A stretch of DNA of 64,000 nt from a virus, in IMG/VR virus record IMGVR_UViG_3300021963_009993, positions 1 to 64,000 of that record. The stretch is one strand, 5' to 3'. Numbering within the stretch: position 1 is the first letter of the stretch; the number at the start of each line of letters is the position of its first letter. Below, piece after piece: positions 19,317-28,255 of this stretch. Made by a program: the position numbers and the translations under genes. The notes below the pieces were generated by a model. That model ran no database searches. It had not been told where the DNA came from and was given only the letters and a program-made list of their open reading frames with translations.

Positions 19317-19673
19317 TCAATCCTTTTTCTTTTCTTCCCTGCCCTTGCCACCTTTGAAACGATCCATTAATTTCTTTTGATAATCATTAAATTCCTTCTC
19401 ACTCAATTTTCCATCCATATCAACATCTGCCTTGCTCCAACGACTCCACATATCCCTTCCACCAGATAACTCTTCCTTGCTCAACAAACCATCCTTATCC
19501 TTGTCACTAGTCTCCAATAACTTCTTCCAACTAATCGGGCCAAACCTCTCACCACCCCTTTTTTCTCCCTTGGGAGGAAACTTATCCTTTTTGTCCTGAA
19601 CAGGTTCCTGTGCCAACAAAACTCCCATACCCACAAATAATCCCAATAACGCTAATGCTCTCATGTTTCTCAC
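19317..19673 (-). CDS. Secreted EF-hand protein
   Basis: Signal peptide MRALALLGLFVGMGVLLA; EF-hands DKDKDGLLSKEE and DVDMDGKLSEKE. Confidence 0.8.
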   Translation of the reverse strand: MRNMRALALLGLFVGMGVLLAQEPVQDKKDKFPPKGEKRGGERFGPISWKKLLETSDKDKDGLLSKEELSGGRDMWSRWSKADVDMDGKLSEKEFNDYQKKLMDRFKGGKGREEKKKD

Positions 19674-19784
19674 TCTCTTTCTTTTTTAAAAAATTGTTAA
19701 ACCCCCATACTAAGAGGTTAACTTCTTAGATGCCCTAATTCAAATTATGACTCAAAAATTAAAAAAATAAATAATTGATATAAC

Positions 19785-19842
19785 TTGATATCATTTGATA
19801 TATTCATAAAAGTTGTTGACTTTCAATAACCCCTTTACACTA
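19785..19842 (+). promoter_or_regulatory. Early promoter; 58-bp exact direct repeat, copy 1
   Basis: TTGATATCATTTGATATATTCATAAAAGTTGTTGACTTTCAATAACCCCTTTACACTA. Confidence 0.85.
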
Positions 19843-19877
19843 ATAAAAGAAAGAACACCACAAAAGGAGAAACAAAC

Positions 19878-20201
19878 ATGTGTTTTTTAAATGAAAAAAG
19901 CAAAGATGCTTTTGTTGATTTCCCCAAACCAAAACAAAGAAAAAAAGTTTGTCAAAAATGCAAGGGACATGGAGGATGGAACCTAAAACTCAATGCTTAT
20001 CCACTCCATGACAAAAAGAATACTAAGAAAAACCGCCATCTCTTTTCACACTTTCGAGCATCTTGCTCTGCCTGTTGGGGTTACGGGTTCTTGCAAAACT
20101 CTACAATCTGCCCCAAATCCAAAAACCAAGGTCACGATTTTGATCATAATTTCAAATGCAAAAAATGCAAAAAACAACTCCATGTCGATTCCTCTGATTG
20201 A
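19878..20201 (+). CDS. DnaJ-type zinc-finger-like small protein
   Basis: CQKCKGHGG...CSACWGYG; flanked by identical 58-bp promoters. Confidence 0.7.
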   Translation: MCFLNEKSKDAFVDFPKPKQRKKVCQKCKGHGGWNLKLNAYPLHDKKNTKKNRHLFSHFRASCSACWGYGFLQNSTICPKSKNQGHDFDHNFKCKKCKKQLHVDSSD

Positions 20202-20257
20202 TATCATTTGATATATTCATAAAAGTTGTTGACTTTCAATAACCCCTTTACACTAGG
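20198..20257 (+). promoter_or_regulatory. Early promoter; 58-bp exact direct repeat, copy 2
   Basis: Identical to 19785..19842. Confidence 0.85.
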
Positions 20258-20274
20258 TAGAGGAGGACAAACTT

Positions 20275-20589
20275 ATGGCAACACCAGCTGAAGTCAGAAA
20301 ACTCCTCAAACAACACCGACTTCCTTTCGATGTCAAAAAGGAAGAAAAGTGCTGGTTTGTCACAGGGGCAGAACCCAAACTTTGGCGGGAAACTAGCCTC
20401 AATGTCTACAACTTCAGAGATTTCTCCACCCAAGAAGTTGTTGACGAAATCATAGATCTCGCCCAAGAAAACCGAAAATTAGTCCTACAAGCCTTGGAGG
20501 CATTAGAACAAGATTGGAAAAAAGATGTTCTTGATTCCATTAACCAAGTAGACCTCTACATCAATTGGAGGGATAAAAATGTCGGATGA
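20275..20589 (+). CDS. Hypothetical protein
   Basis: GGAGG RBS right after the promoter. Confidence 0.75.
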   Translation: MATPAEVRKLLKQHRLPFDVKKEEKCWFVTGAEPKLWRETSLNVYNFRDFSTQEVVDEIIDLAQENRKLVLQALEALEQDWKKDVLDSINQVDLYINWRDKNVG

Positions 20590-20660
20590 AGTCTACGACG
20601 ATTACAAATACAACCAGTTCATCGTCAATGGCATTGTTGTCATCAAGAAGGAGCATAACA

Positions 20661-20969
20661 ATGGATAAGCTCAAAGAGTCAATCAGCAAATTCAACAATC
20701 TGTGGAAACAATACACCAAGTACGGAACAAACGATTCCGAACCCAGATGGGTCAAGAACAAAGTATTCCAGCAAGCCTTTGATTTAAAGTACCCAAAATT
20801 CCCCGAAACGGCGAACGATTGGGAAATCTACTCTTCGGTCAAAGGAGCAGAAGAAGCTGCCAAAAACCTCACAAAAGCCCTTAAAGAAGTGGTAAACAAC
20901 TTGCTTGCTCTGCCAGTTCGTGATTTCATCCATGTCAAGCAAAATACTTACAAGTTTTTGGGAGAATGA
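20661..20969 (+). CDS. Hypothetical protein
   Basis: AAGGAG RBS before ATG 20661. Confidence 0.7.
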   Translation: MDKLKESISKFNNLWKQYTKYGTNDSEPRWVKNKVFQQAFDLKYPKFPETANDWEIYSSVKGAEEAAKNLTKALKEVVNNLLALPVRDFIHVKQNTYKFLGE

Positions 20970-21006
20970 TTCCTCAATCTGCAAACCCATAACTAGGAGA
21001 ATACAC

Positions 21007-21546
21007 ATGGCTACCCGTGCCACCTACCATTTTGTTGATGATGATAATCTCAAAACAACTGTCTATATCCATTGGGATGGATACCAAGAAGGTGCTGCAA
21101 ATTACTTCTACCAAATGCTCACAAACCCCTCAAAAGGCAATCTAGCCACACAATTCATTCGTGCGAACCCAAACGCCGAAATTACCAGTTCACACAACGC
21201 TCACGCAGATACCGAATACCAGTACAACATCATCGGAAATGATGGTGGTGCCACTCTCGTCGTCAAACAAAAAAGGAAAAAAAAGTTTGTCTACAATGGA
21301 AAACTCTTTGAATTCATCAACCAAAACCCATTTATCATCGAGAATTTCAAACCTATCAAAATGTTGTTGAACGAATGGTTCTACGCCACCTACCTCAATA
21401 GCGACATGGCCCAAAAACTTATCAACGAAAAACAAAAATACATCGAAAATTGGAAGGATAAACTACACCAAGGAGTCAGAAGTGCCAATGAACAAATCGA
21501 ACAACTAAAGAAACTGTTCCCAGAACTAGAAACTCAATCCATTTGA
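21007..21546 (+). CDS. Conserved phage hypothetical protein
   Basis: AGGAG RBS; MATRAT...VYIHWDGY.EG motif. Confidence 0.75.
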   Translation: MATRATYHFVDDDNLKTTVYIHWDGYQEGAANYFYQMLTNPSKGNLATQFIRANPNAEITSSHNAHADTEYQYNIIGNDGGATLVVKQKRKKKFVYNGKLFEFINQNPFIIENFKPIKMLLNEWFYATYLNSDMAQKLINEKQKYIENWKDKLHQGVRSANEQIEQLKKLFPELETQSI

Positions 21547-21601
21547 TTTTTTTTAAATCATAAATTATGATGCGCTTCCCACCACAAAGGATCGCATCAT
21601 C

Positions 21602-22075
21602 ATGCCACTACACAAAAGAGGATACCAAAGAGAAGATGGTCTGGTTCTAATCAGAAGAAAACACGGTCAGGAAATCTATGGCACCATTCAAGAACTAGAA
21701 GATATGCGACAAAAACACAGAGAATACATGGCAAAATTAAGAATCATAAACAAAGACCAAAAGAAATGGAAAATAGGCGAATTTAACCCCGAAAACAATC
21801 TCTACTTCATCAGAAAGTCTGGAAACCTTAAACCCATGTGGGGAACCATTGAACAACTCCAAATCCATATCAAAAAAAGAAAACAAATCAAAATCAATTA
21901 CATCCAAAAGATGAAAGCAATCAAATCAATCCCAGAACAAAAAAGAAAAAGAGGTGATGTCGATCCAATACTCAACCTCTACTTCTGGAAATACAACTAC
22001 ATAAGCGGAAAAGAAATCTGGCTCACCAAGGAAAAATTCATCATCCAACGAATCAAAGAATCAAAAAACAAATAA
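21602..22075 (+). CDS. Basic repeat protein, paralogue of 15095..15901
   Basis: KRGYQREDG, FNPENNLYF, KRGDVDP...KEIWLTKEKF. Confidence 0.7.
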   Translation: MPLHKRGYQREDGLVLIRRKHGQEIYGTIQELEDMRQKHREYMAKLRIINKDQKKWKIGEFNPENNLYFIRKSGNLKPMWGTIEQLQIHIKKRKQIKINYIQKMKAIKSIPEQKRKRGDVDPILNLYFWKYNYISGKEIWLTKEKFIIQRIKESKNK

Positions 22076-22087
22076 AGGAGTCTGGCT

Positions 22088-22936
22088 ATGGAAAGGGAAT
22101 TCCACTTCAATGACAATTGTAAAAGCACTATCTACAACGAAGATTGTCTCAATGGTCTTAAAAAATTGACCAACGATTCAGTTGATCTAGTCATAACATC
22201 ACCACCTTACGCTGACCAAAGGTCTGATACATACGCTTCAATAAACCCAAATGATTATGTTCAATGGTTTTTAAACATATCCAATGAATTATTAAGAGTC
22301 TTGAAACCAAGCGGAACATTCATCCTAAATATAAAAGAGAAAGTCTGTGGTGGAGAAAGACACACTTATGTTATTGAACTTATCCTCGCCATGAGACAAC
22401 AAGGATGGTTGTGGACGGAAGAATTCATTTGGCATAAAAAAAATTCCTACCCCGGCAAATGGCCAAATAGATTCAGAGATTCATGGGAAAGAATTCTGCA
22501 ATTCAACAAAAACAAAAAGTTTAATATGTACCAAGATGAAGTCATGGTTCCAGTAGGAGACTGGGCAGGTACAAGATTAAAAAACTTAAGCGAAATTGAT
22601 AACACCAGAGATGCATCCAAAGTCGGTAGCGGTTTCGGAAAAAAAATATCAAACTGGATCGGTAGAGATAAAGCATATCCATCAAATGTCTTACATCTCG
22701 CTACAGAATGCGGAAACAAAGGTCATAGCGCAGCTTTCCCCAAATCAATACCAGAATGGTTCATTAAACTGTTTACCATCGAAGGGGATACTGTCCTAGA
22801 CCCATTCTTGGGGTCTGGAACAACCTGCCATGTCGCATCCACACTCAATAGAAACTCAATCGGCTACGAAATAGAAAACAAATATTACAATGTTTCTGTT
22901 GATTCCTTGGAAAAATTAAAACAAACACATACATAA
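22088..22936 (+). CDS. Orphan site-specific DNA methyltransferase (beta class, N4-mC/N6-mA)
   Basis: DLVITSPPY catalytic motif precedes the VLDPFLGSGTT SAM-binding motif; no adjacent restriction enzyme. Confidence 0.93.
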   Translation: MEREFHFNDNCKSTIYNEDCLNGLKKLTNDSVDLVITSPPYADQRSDTYASINPNDYVQWFLNISNELLRVLKPSGTFILNIKEKVCGGERHTYVIELILAMRQQGWLWTEEFIWHKKNSYPGKWPNRFRDSWERILQFNKNKKFNMYQDEVMVPVGDWAGTRLKNLSEIDNTRDASKVGSGFGKKISNWIGRDKAYPSNVLHLATECGNKGHSAAFPKSIPEWFIKLFTIEGDTVLDPFLGSGTTCHVASTLNRNSIGYEIENKYYNVSVDSLEKLKQTHT

Positions 22937-22961
22937 AGGAACTAAATGTTGAGGAATTCAT

Positions 22962-23210
22962 ATTAAAAAAATAACTCTATTGCTCATCCTTTTTGTAGCT
23001 ATTGTCCTATCCACCCACGCTAATCCACCAACAGATGTCCAATGGATTAGATTGTTGAGCATCTTCGACTCAAATAGAGATCAACAACTATCCAATATCG
23101 AACTTAAAACACTCTGGAATACCTACGGCAAATTTGACTTCAATAGAAATAACCAATTAACAAAAACAGAATTCCAAGAAAAACGAATACCACCCGGTAT
23201 CAAGAAATAA
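22962..23210 (+). CDS. Secreted EF-hand protein (possible ATT start)
   Basis: DSNRDQQLSNIE and DFNRNNQLTKTE EF-hands. GAGGA lies 6 nt before an in-frame ATT, giving (M)KKITLLLILFVAIVLSTHA. Confidence 0.6.
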   Translation: MKKITLLLILFVAIVLSTHANPPTDVQWIRLLSIFDSNRDQQLSNIELKTLWNTYGKFDFNRNNQLTKTEFQEKRIPPGIKK

Positions 23211-23212
23211 AA

Positions 23213-23270
23213 ATATATCAAAGTATATCAACATAAAAGTTGTTGACTTCCAACCACCCGCTTACACTAG
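23213..23270 (+). promoter_or_regulatory. Early promoter family member
   Basis: ATATATCAAAGTATATCA boxes; AAAAG-TTGTTG-N17-TACACT-AG. Confidence 0.8.
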
Positions 23271-23304
23271 TTATGTGAATGAATTTACAAACTAGGAGAA
23301 TGAG

Positions 23305-23586
23305 ATGGAAACCCCAATCCTTTCCCACCTGCTCACTCCCAACAGCCTTTCCCTAACCGCCCAATTGGCCATGAGAAAGCTTGCAAAATGGGACAACAAG
23401 AAGGAAAGGTGGGAAACATTGCCACTCCCGCAAAGCATCACCGTCGAATTCCAAGAGGATGATCAGTTTCACCCAGTCTGCACCGAAATGGAAGAAGTAA
23501 TGAAACAAAACGGATTCGGTGCAGTTATCTTCAAGAAGGATCGGAACAGATTCATCATCTCCACCTTCTACAAACTGCAAAAATAA
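23305..23586 (+). CDS. Hypothetical protein
   Basis: AGGAG RBS. Confidence 0.7.
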   Translation: METPILSHLLTPNSLSLTAQLAMRKLAKWDNKKERWETLPLPQSITVEFQEDDQFHPVCTEMEEVMKQNGFGAVIFKKDRNRFIISTFYKLQK

Positions 23587-23611
23587 ACCATTAAATCGTA
23601 AGGAGGCGACC

Positions 23612-24079
23612 ATGAAAGTATACATTTCAAATTGCGACGAACACAGCCAAGAATTCTACTACGATATTCTAAAAAACCAAAAGGAGGTGGAAAATGCTTT
23701 CATATTCTGCCTCGGCACAAACCTCGTCAACAGATACTACAACTTGACTGATAAGTTAAACAAGAATGATTCCTACATATCAAATCCACATAGAATTGTT
23801 GAACTCAATGACAAGGTAGCTAATTACCTGTTGGCATACGATAATTGGACAAAACTTGAGAAAAACAAGAATATTCAAGGATGGGAATACCTCTTCCCAT
23901 ACAAACTACAAGCCATGATCTGCCAGTCCAAAGATGCGGGAATTGATTCTATATCCAATCCCAATTCCTTCAGCAGAAAGTTGTTGACCCAAGTTAGACT
24001 GTCCAACAAAATCAAAATCAAAAACAGAAAGATGATTGAAGAAATAATGAAACAAGTTGAGGAGAAATTAATAAAATGA
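23612..24079 (+). CDS. Hypothetical protein
   Basis: AAGGAGG RBS before ATG 23612. Confidence 0.75.
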   Translation: MKVYISNCDEHSQEFYYDILKNQKEVENAFIFCLGTNLVNRYYNLTDKLNKNDSYISNPHRIVELNDKVANYLLAYDNWTKLEKNKNIQGWEYLFPYKLQAMICQSKDAGIDSISNPNSFSRKLLTQVRLSNKIKIKNRKMIEEIMKQVEEKLIK

Positions 24080-24276
24080 CACTCATTTGCGAACGATGTA
24101 AAAACAAGGCTAATCCACACATAATGTCAATGTTCAACGAAGATATCATTTGCCTCAAGTGCAAAGACAAGGAAATCAAACACCCACTCTACAAACTTGC
24201 CTTGGAAGCAGAAAACAAAAGCCTAAAAAGAGGCGAAACAAACTTCAAAGGCATAGGAAAACCAAGCGACCTGTAA
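24076..24276 (+). CDS. Small conserved phage zinc-binding protein
   Basis: CERC...MSMFNEDIICLKC...EAE...NFKGIG. Confidence 0.7.
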   Translation: MTLICERCKNKANPHIMSMFNEDIICLKCKDKEIKHPLYKLALEAENKSLKRGETNFKGIGKPSDL

Positions 24277-24331
24277 TTTCAATACACCCGTTATGGGAAA
24301 TACTCAGGTTCCTTACAGAGGAGGATTTAAC

Positions 24332-24568
24332 ATGGATGAATGCAAGGGCACTTATCTTGAAATCCCAACTGCATTGGTTGCTGCATATGATAGGTTGGGT
24401 ATTATCAAAGACTATTTGAGTGAACAAGGATTTGTAAAAGATTCTCAAAATGATCTTAAAGCCACAACTGTACTTAAAACCCCAAAGAATTTGAGCATGA
24501 AGAAAATCAAGGAAATTATGTCAAATGTGGCAAAATATAGTTGCGTTTTTTGGCATGATGAAAAATAA
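24332..24568 (+). CDS. Hypothetical protein
   Basis: GGAGG RBS before ATG 24332. Confidence 0.65.
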   Translation: MDECKGTYLEIPTALVAAYDRLGIIKDYLSEQGFVKDSQNDLKATTVLKTPKNLSMKKIKEIMSNVAKYSCVFWHDEK

Positions 24569-24578
24569 ATTGAATCAA

Positions 24579-24621
24579 ACCCCGGTGTGCTTATCATCAA
24601 CAACCTAGCATTAAGGAGGAT
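24579..24621 (+). repeat. Intergenic cassette repeat, partial copy
   Basis: CCCGGTGTG..TATCATCAACAACCTAG then AAGGAGG. Confidence 0.65.
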
Positions 24622-24626
24622 TCAAA

Positions 24627-24857
24627 ATGCCAAAAACACAAAATACCGTTCATCTTGTTGTGCCAGTAAAAGTCCCCGAAGGATTTCATATGGCAAATGA
24701 ACTACCAGACTACCTAAGAAAATTTATCGAAATCGGTTTGGCTAAACTCCAAAAAGATGTCAAAGAAGATGAAGGAGCATTCTGCACTATTGGTATCGAT
24801 GAAGATGATATATTAGTCGCCACAAAAACCGAATGGGGACAACCTTCCATCAAGTAA
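24627..24857 (+). CDS. Hypothetical protein
   Basis: AAGGAGG RBS. Confidence 0.7.
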   Translation: MPKTQNTVHLVVPVKVPEGFHMANELPDYLRKFIEIGLAKLQKDVKEDEGAFCTIGIDEDDILVATKTEWGQPSIK

Positions 24858-24862
24858 ATCTC

Positions 24863-24922
24863 TACTCCCGGTGTGGGAATAATCAACAACCTAGGGCACA
24901 CCACCTAGGTTTTTTATGGAGG
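24863..24922 (+). repeat. Intergenic cassette repeat with two hairpins, copy 1
   Basis: TACTCCCGGTGTGGGAATAATCAACAACCTAGGGCACACCACCTAGGTTTTTTATGGAGG. Confidence 0.85.
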
Positions 24923-24929
24923 ATTTGAG

Positions 24930-25271
24930 ATGAGCAAGGTTTATTTTGATTTGCGTGTACAAGCAACAGTCAATCTTGGGGAAGTAAGCCTTGAGGAGTT
25001 TTTAGATGAAATTGAGATAACAATTACCGATAAATCCGGCAAGGGTGAGATTATCGAAGATGCCTTAGAGACTTGCAGAAACCTGCCGTATTCAGATACT
25101 TCAACTTGGAAAGAAAAGTACCTTTTTGTATTCAAAGTAATTGCCATTGTCGATGTAAACAACTTCGATAAGTGGGCTATGAAATTGAAAGTCCATTTCG
25201 ATAACATTCCAGATGGTGTCAAAGTCAAAGCTGTTAAGGTGTTGGGATATGATGTAGAAGATTCAAAGTAA
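24930..25271 (+). CDS. Hypothetical protein, paralogue of 28401..28727
   Basis: MSKVYFDLRV...LGEVSLEEF...W..KYLFV..V.A.VD..NFD.W. Confidence 0.8.
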   Translation: MSKVYFDLRVQATVNLGEVSLEEFLDEIEITITDKSGKGEIIEDALETCRNLPYSDTSTWKEKYLFVFKVIAIVDVNNFDKWAMKLKVHFDNIPDGVKVKAVKVLGYDVEDSK

Positions 25272-25276
25272 TTTCC

Positions 25277-25336
25277 TACTCCCGGTGTGGGGATAATCAA
25301 CAACCTAGGACACACCACCTAGGCTTTTATTTAGGA
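25277..25336 (+). repeat. Intergenic cassette repeat with two hairpins, copy 2
   Basis: CTACTCCCGGTGTGGGGATAATCAACAACCTAGGACACACCACCTAGGCTTTTATTTAGGAG. Confidence 0.85.
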
Positions 25337-25345
25337 GATTGCGTC

Positions 25346-25723
25346 ATGGGTTTGTCTTACGATTTGACTAATGTACCAAATGCTTTCGATTCCAAAGGCA
25401 ATATCACAGAGTTTGCCGATCAACTAATTTGGCTAACTATGTTTGTCAACCTCCAAGAAATTAACAAAAATAATATCGATGAATGGTATCATCGACTCCA
25501 ATTCTACGCTTTGATCGATGGCTTTAGAGCTTTGGAAAACATCACAAAGGAAGATTTGCAAGACCATATCGGTCTGTCCACCAATGCACCATACAAAACT
25601 TGGAACCAATTCGTCGCCAAAATGACAAAAAAATGGTGCCAAAAAAAGAACTTCAAACCCTGCAACAAACGCAATCCACTTAAACTCAAGGACATTGTAC
25701 GCTCCATACACACAACCAAATAA
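25346..25723 (+). CDS. Hypothetical protein
   Basis: AGGAG RBS. Confidence 0.75.
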   Translation: MGLSYDLTNVPNAFDSKGNITEFADQLIWLTMFVNLQEINKNNIDEWYHRLQFYALIDGFRALENITKEDLQDHIGLSTNAPYKTWNQFVAKMTKKWCQKKNFKPCNKRNPLKLKDIVRSIHTTK

Positions 25724-25778
25724 AATACAAGATTTAATCTATCAAAAATGTAACAAATTATTCGCTTAAAATAAATAA

Positions 25779-25811
25779 AAAACCTGCGGTCAATATCTGA
25801 CCGCAGGTTTT
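25779..25811. terminator. Bidirectional terminator
   Basis: AAAACCTGCGGTCA/TGACCGCAGGTTTT 14-bp stem between convergent genes. Confidence 0.8.
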
Positions 25812-25835
25812 AAATAACTCACATGTTTTCTAATT

Positions 25836-26390
25836 TTAACTATGCGATCTGTAAAGCTTGTCTAAATTATATCCCCTTTCCCTCGCAACAACTTCTCTAG
25901 GTGATTCACTACTCTTCATAGGATATATTGCACCATCATGTGCTTGTGCATACATGCCACCTATCCCCATACTCTTCTCTGATTTGTCTAATGAACTCAA
26001 TATGTCTTTAACATTTTCCTTGCCATGATCCTGCATCAATCTTTTGATTCCACGAACGATAGTCTCTACCTTGTTTGACTTGTCCCTGCTTAATCCACCA
26101 CCTAGCGGTGCAGGCTTCATTTGGTTAAAATTATATTCCAATTCCCTAGCTATCTTGTTAAGGAAATATGGAGAATGATAATCTGGTTCATTCTTGGCTT
26201 TATTAAGCTGGCCAATTATCAAATCCAACTCTTCATCAGCAACCTTATACAACTTGTTCGTCTTGTCCAAAATTTGCTTCAACTTGTGCATCCCACCCTT
26301 CTCCAATGCACTCATCAAAAAACCCTTGTCTGCTATAGCCTCAACCAAATTCAAATCCCTGTTCATAAGCCATTCTGAAAAGTTTGTCAT
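25836..26390 (-). CDS. Tagged hypothetical protein
   Basis: MTNFSEWL...NLVE; AGGAG RBS. Confidence 0.75.
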   Translation of the reverse strand: MTNFSEWLMNRDLNLVEAIADKGFLMSALEKGGMHKLKQILDKTNKLYKVADEELDLIIGQLNKAKNEPDYHSPYFLNKIARELEYNFNQMKPAPLGGGLSRDKSNKVETIVRGIKRLMQDHGKENVKDILSSLDKSEKSMGIGGMYAQAHDGAIYPMKSSESPREVVARERGYNLDKLYRSHS

Positions 26391-26450
26391 AATAGTACTC
26401 CTAAATAATTAAATTTATATATTTTAAATCTTCATTTTTTTAAAAAAAAA

Positions 26451-26807
26451 TCAAAGCCTCTTCAACAACTCATGCCTCAAATAACCCAAAAAACCATCCA
26501 ACATATCCCCATTCTCATATCGACCCATATCAGCAAAACCCGTATCCCTCAACACCCCATACAATATCCAAAAGAAATCCTCTATTACCAACTTCTCCAT
26601 ATCAATACCACATAACTTCACCCTCATCTCCAACTCATCATAAAATCCCTTGAAACTCTCCATATAACCCTTCTCATATCCATTTAAACCCATAACATAT
26701 AACATCTCTCCACTTCCCAACCTCAAACACTCCAACCATATCTCCAAACCCAAACTACCCTCACCCATACCCACCAAATAATCATAATAACTCTTGTAGT
26801 TCTTCAC
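26451..26807 (-). CDS. Hypothetical protein with extreme cytosine-poor coding strand
   Basis: GAGGTG RBS; the + strand has 60-nt stretches with no G. Confidence 0.65.
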   Translation of the reverse strand: MKNYKSYYDYLVGMGEGSLGLEIWLECLRLGSGEMLYVMGLNGYEKGYMESFKGFYDELEMRVKLCGIDMEKLVIEDFFWILYGVLRDTGFADMGRYENGDMLDGFLGYLRHELLKRL

Positions 26808-26816
26808 ATAATCACC

Positions 26817-27410
26817 TCACTTAGGATCATAGCCCCACTCCAATATCACATCTCCATTCGTGTATAAATCACCCACACGAACATTCTTCCTCAATACCTT
26901 GTACCTGCCACCCAATCGACCCTCACCATGCTCTCTGGCATACATCGGTGATAATGTCACCCAGTCACCTTTATTTATCACCAACCTAGGAACCAATCCC
27001 TTCTCCAACTCTCCTATCTCATCACCCAAATAACCTATCAAACTACTCTTGTTATATCCAAATTCAACAAACTTACCCCTAGCCCACTCATCTCCCATCG
27101 GCGCAAATCCAAACTTGTCAACATACATTATTAAATTCGATAACTTTTTGATTTTGTTGTTGATTTCTTTGTTGAGGTCTGGGACTGCACGATAGACAAC
27201 CACGCTTCGATTTGGTTTGTTGTGGTAGGCTCTGATCAGACCGATTATGAGTGTGTCGGCTGGATGATGACTTCCGAAATATTGGATAGCTTTGTTCAGG
27301 GGCAACTCGTATATTTCATTCCCGTATAGTTCAGTCAAATCATCCATAGGATAACCGCTTGTCCTGTCCGGTGCCTTGTGATTGCCACGATAGTCTTCTG
27401 ATTCACTCAT
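26817..27410 (-). CDS. ART-like domain protein of the kind found in phage polyvalent proteins
   Basis: DYRG.H.AP, VVVYRAVP, INKGDWVTLSP.YA.EHG, TNGD..LEWGYDP; CATAAATA and GGAG upstream of ATG 27410. Confidence 0.6.
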   Translation of the reverse strand: MSESEDYRGNHKAPDRTSGYPMDDLTELYGNEIYELPLNKAIQYFGSHHPADTLIIGLIRAYHNKPNRSVVVYRAVPDLNKEINNKIKKLSNLIMYVDKFGFAPMGDEWARGKFVEFGYNKSSLIGYLGDEIGELEKGLVPRLVINKGDWVTLSPMYAREHGEGRLGGRYKVLRKNVRVGDLYTNGDVILEWGYDPK

Positions 27411-28255
27411 TATTATTAATCTCCAACTTGTGTACTTATTTATGACTATTAAATAACTTATTAATAACACTCAATAACTTTGAATTTTCTGTTCTAAAAA
27501 ATCTAATTCAAGACTTTTTTTATAGTTTTAATTGGTTTATTGAGTTGTTGAAAAGGGTTTTAAATAAAAACGGATAAAAATGGATTTTAGTGGGAGAAAA
27601 TGGGGGAAAGTGGGGAAAAGTTAGAAACATTTGGAATGATTTTGAAAGTAGAGTGATGATTGATGTAGTTTAGTGTCGTGTAGTATGACGGGGTTATACC
27701 GGGTCTGGCCTCTTTTTTATACTCTAAAAATATTAAATACATTTAAAGTGTAAAAATATGAATATAAAAAAACATTAAATACATTTGTAGTGTGAAAATA
27801 TTATGTGTAGTAGTTTTTGTGTGGTGGTAGAAAATTTGGGATAAAAATGGTATTTGACAGAGGAATAATATTTGATTAGAAGTATACAAAATAATTTTGT
27901 AACTAGACATAAAGAATATAAACTAAGTAGAATAATATTGTAACTATGTGGAATAATTTAGAATTTGGACAAAGTAAGTGGAATAATTTTGGGTAATCCC
28001 CCAAGTACAAACAATAATATTAGATTTAATTGAACATCTTCCAAATCTTCAATTAATTAGTAGGTGTGCATGGGGAATCTTACATCAAAGATTAATCCAC
28101 TTACCATATAGCCAATTAATTAATAAATGTACAACAACCCCTCATCAATTTTCGTATATCTTTTTATATCTTTCGATATATTTAAAAAAGTTGTAGTTAA
28201 TTGATTAGGAATAAACACTAGTGATGTTGAGGTAGTCACATGGAGGGATGTTGAT
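27411..28255. other. Large AT-rich non-coding spacer at the strand-skew switch; candidate replication origin
   Basis: No ORF; short direct repeats (ATTAAATACATTT x2, GTGGAATAATTT x2); skew changes polarity just left of it. Confidence 0.4.
28155..28221 (+). promoter_or_regulatory. Early promoter family member
   Basis: TATATCTTTCGATATA; AAAAG-TTGTAG-N17-AACACT-AG. Confidence 0.8.

Noticed and set aside
22088-22936. Complete restriction-modification system
   Set aside because: No adjacent endonuclease is present; orphan methyltransferases are routine in phages.
24579-25336. CRISPR mini-array or true integron attC array
   Set aside because: The units are separated by whole genes, there is no integrase in the window, and no GTTRRRY core sites were seen.
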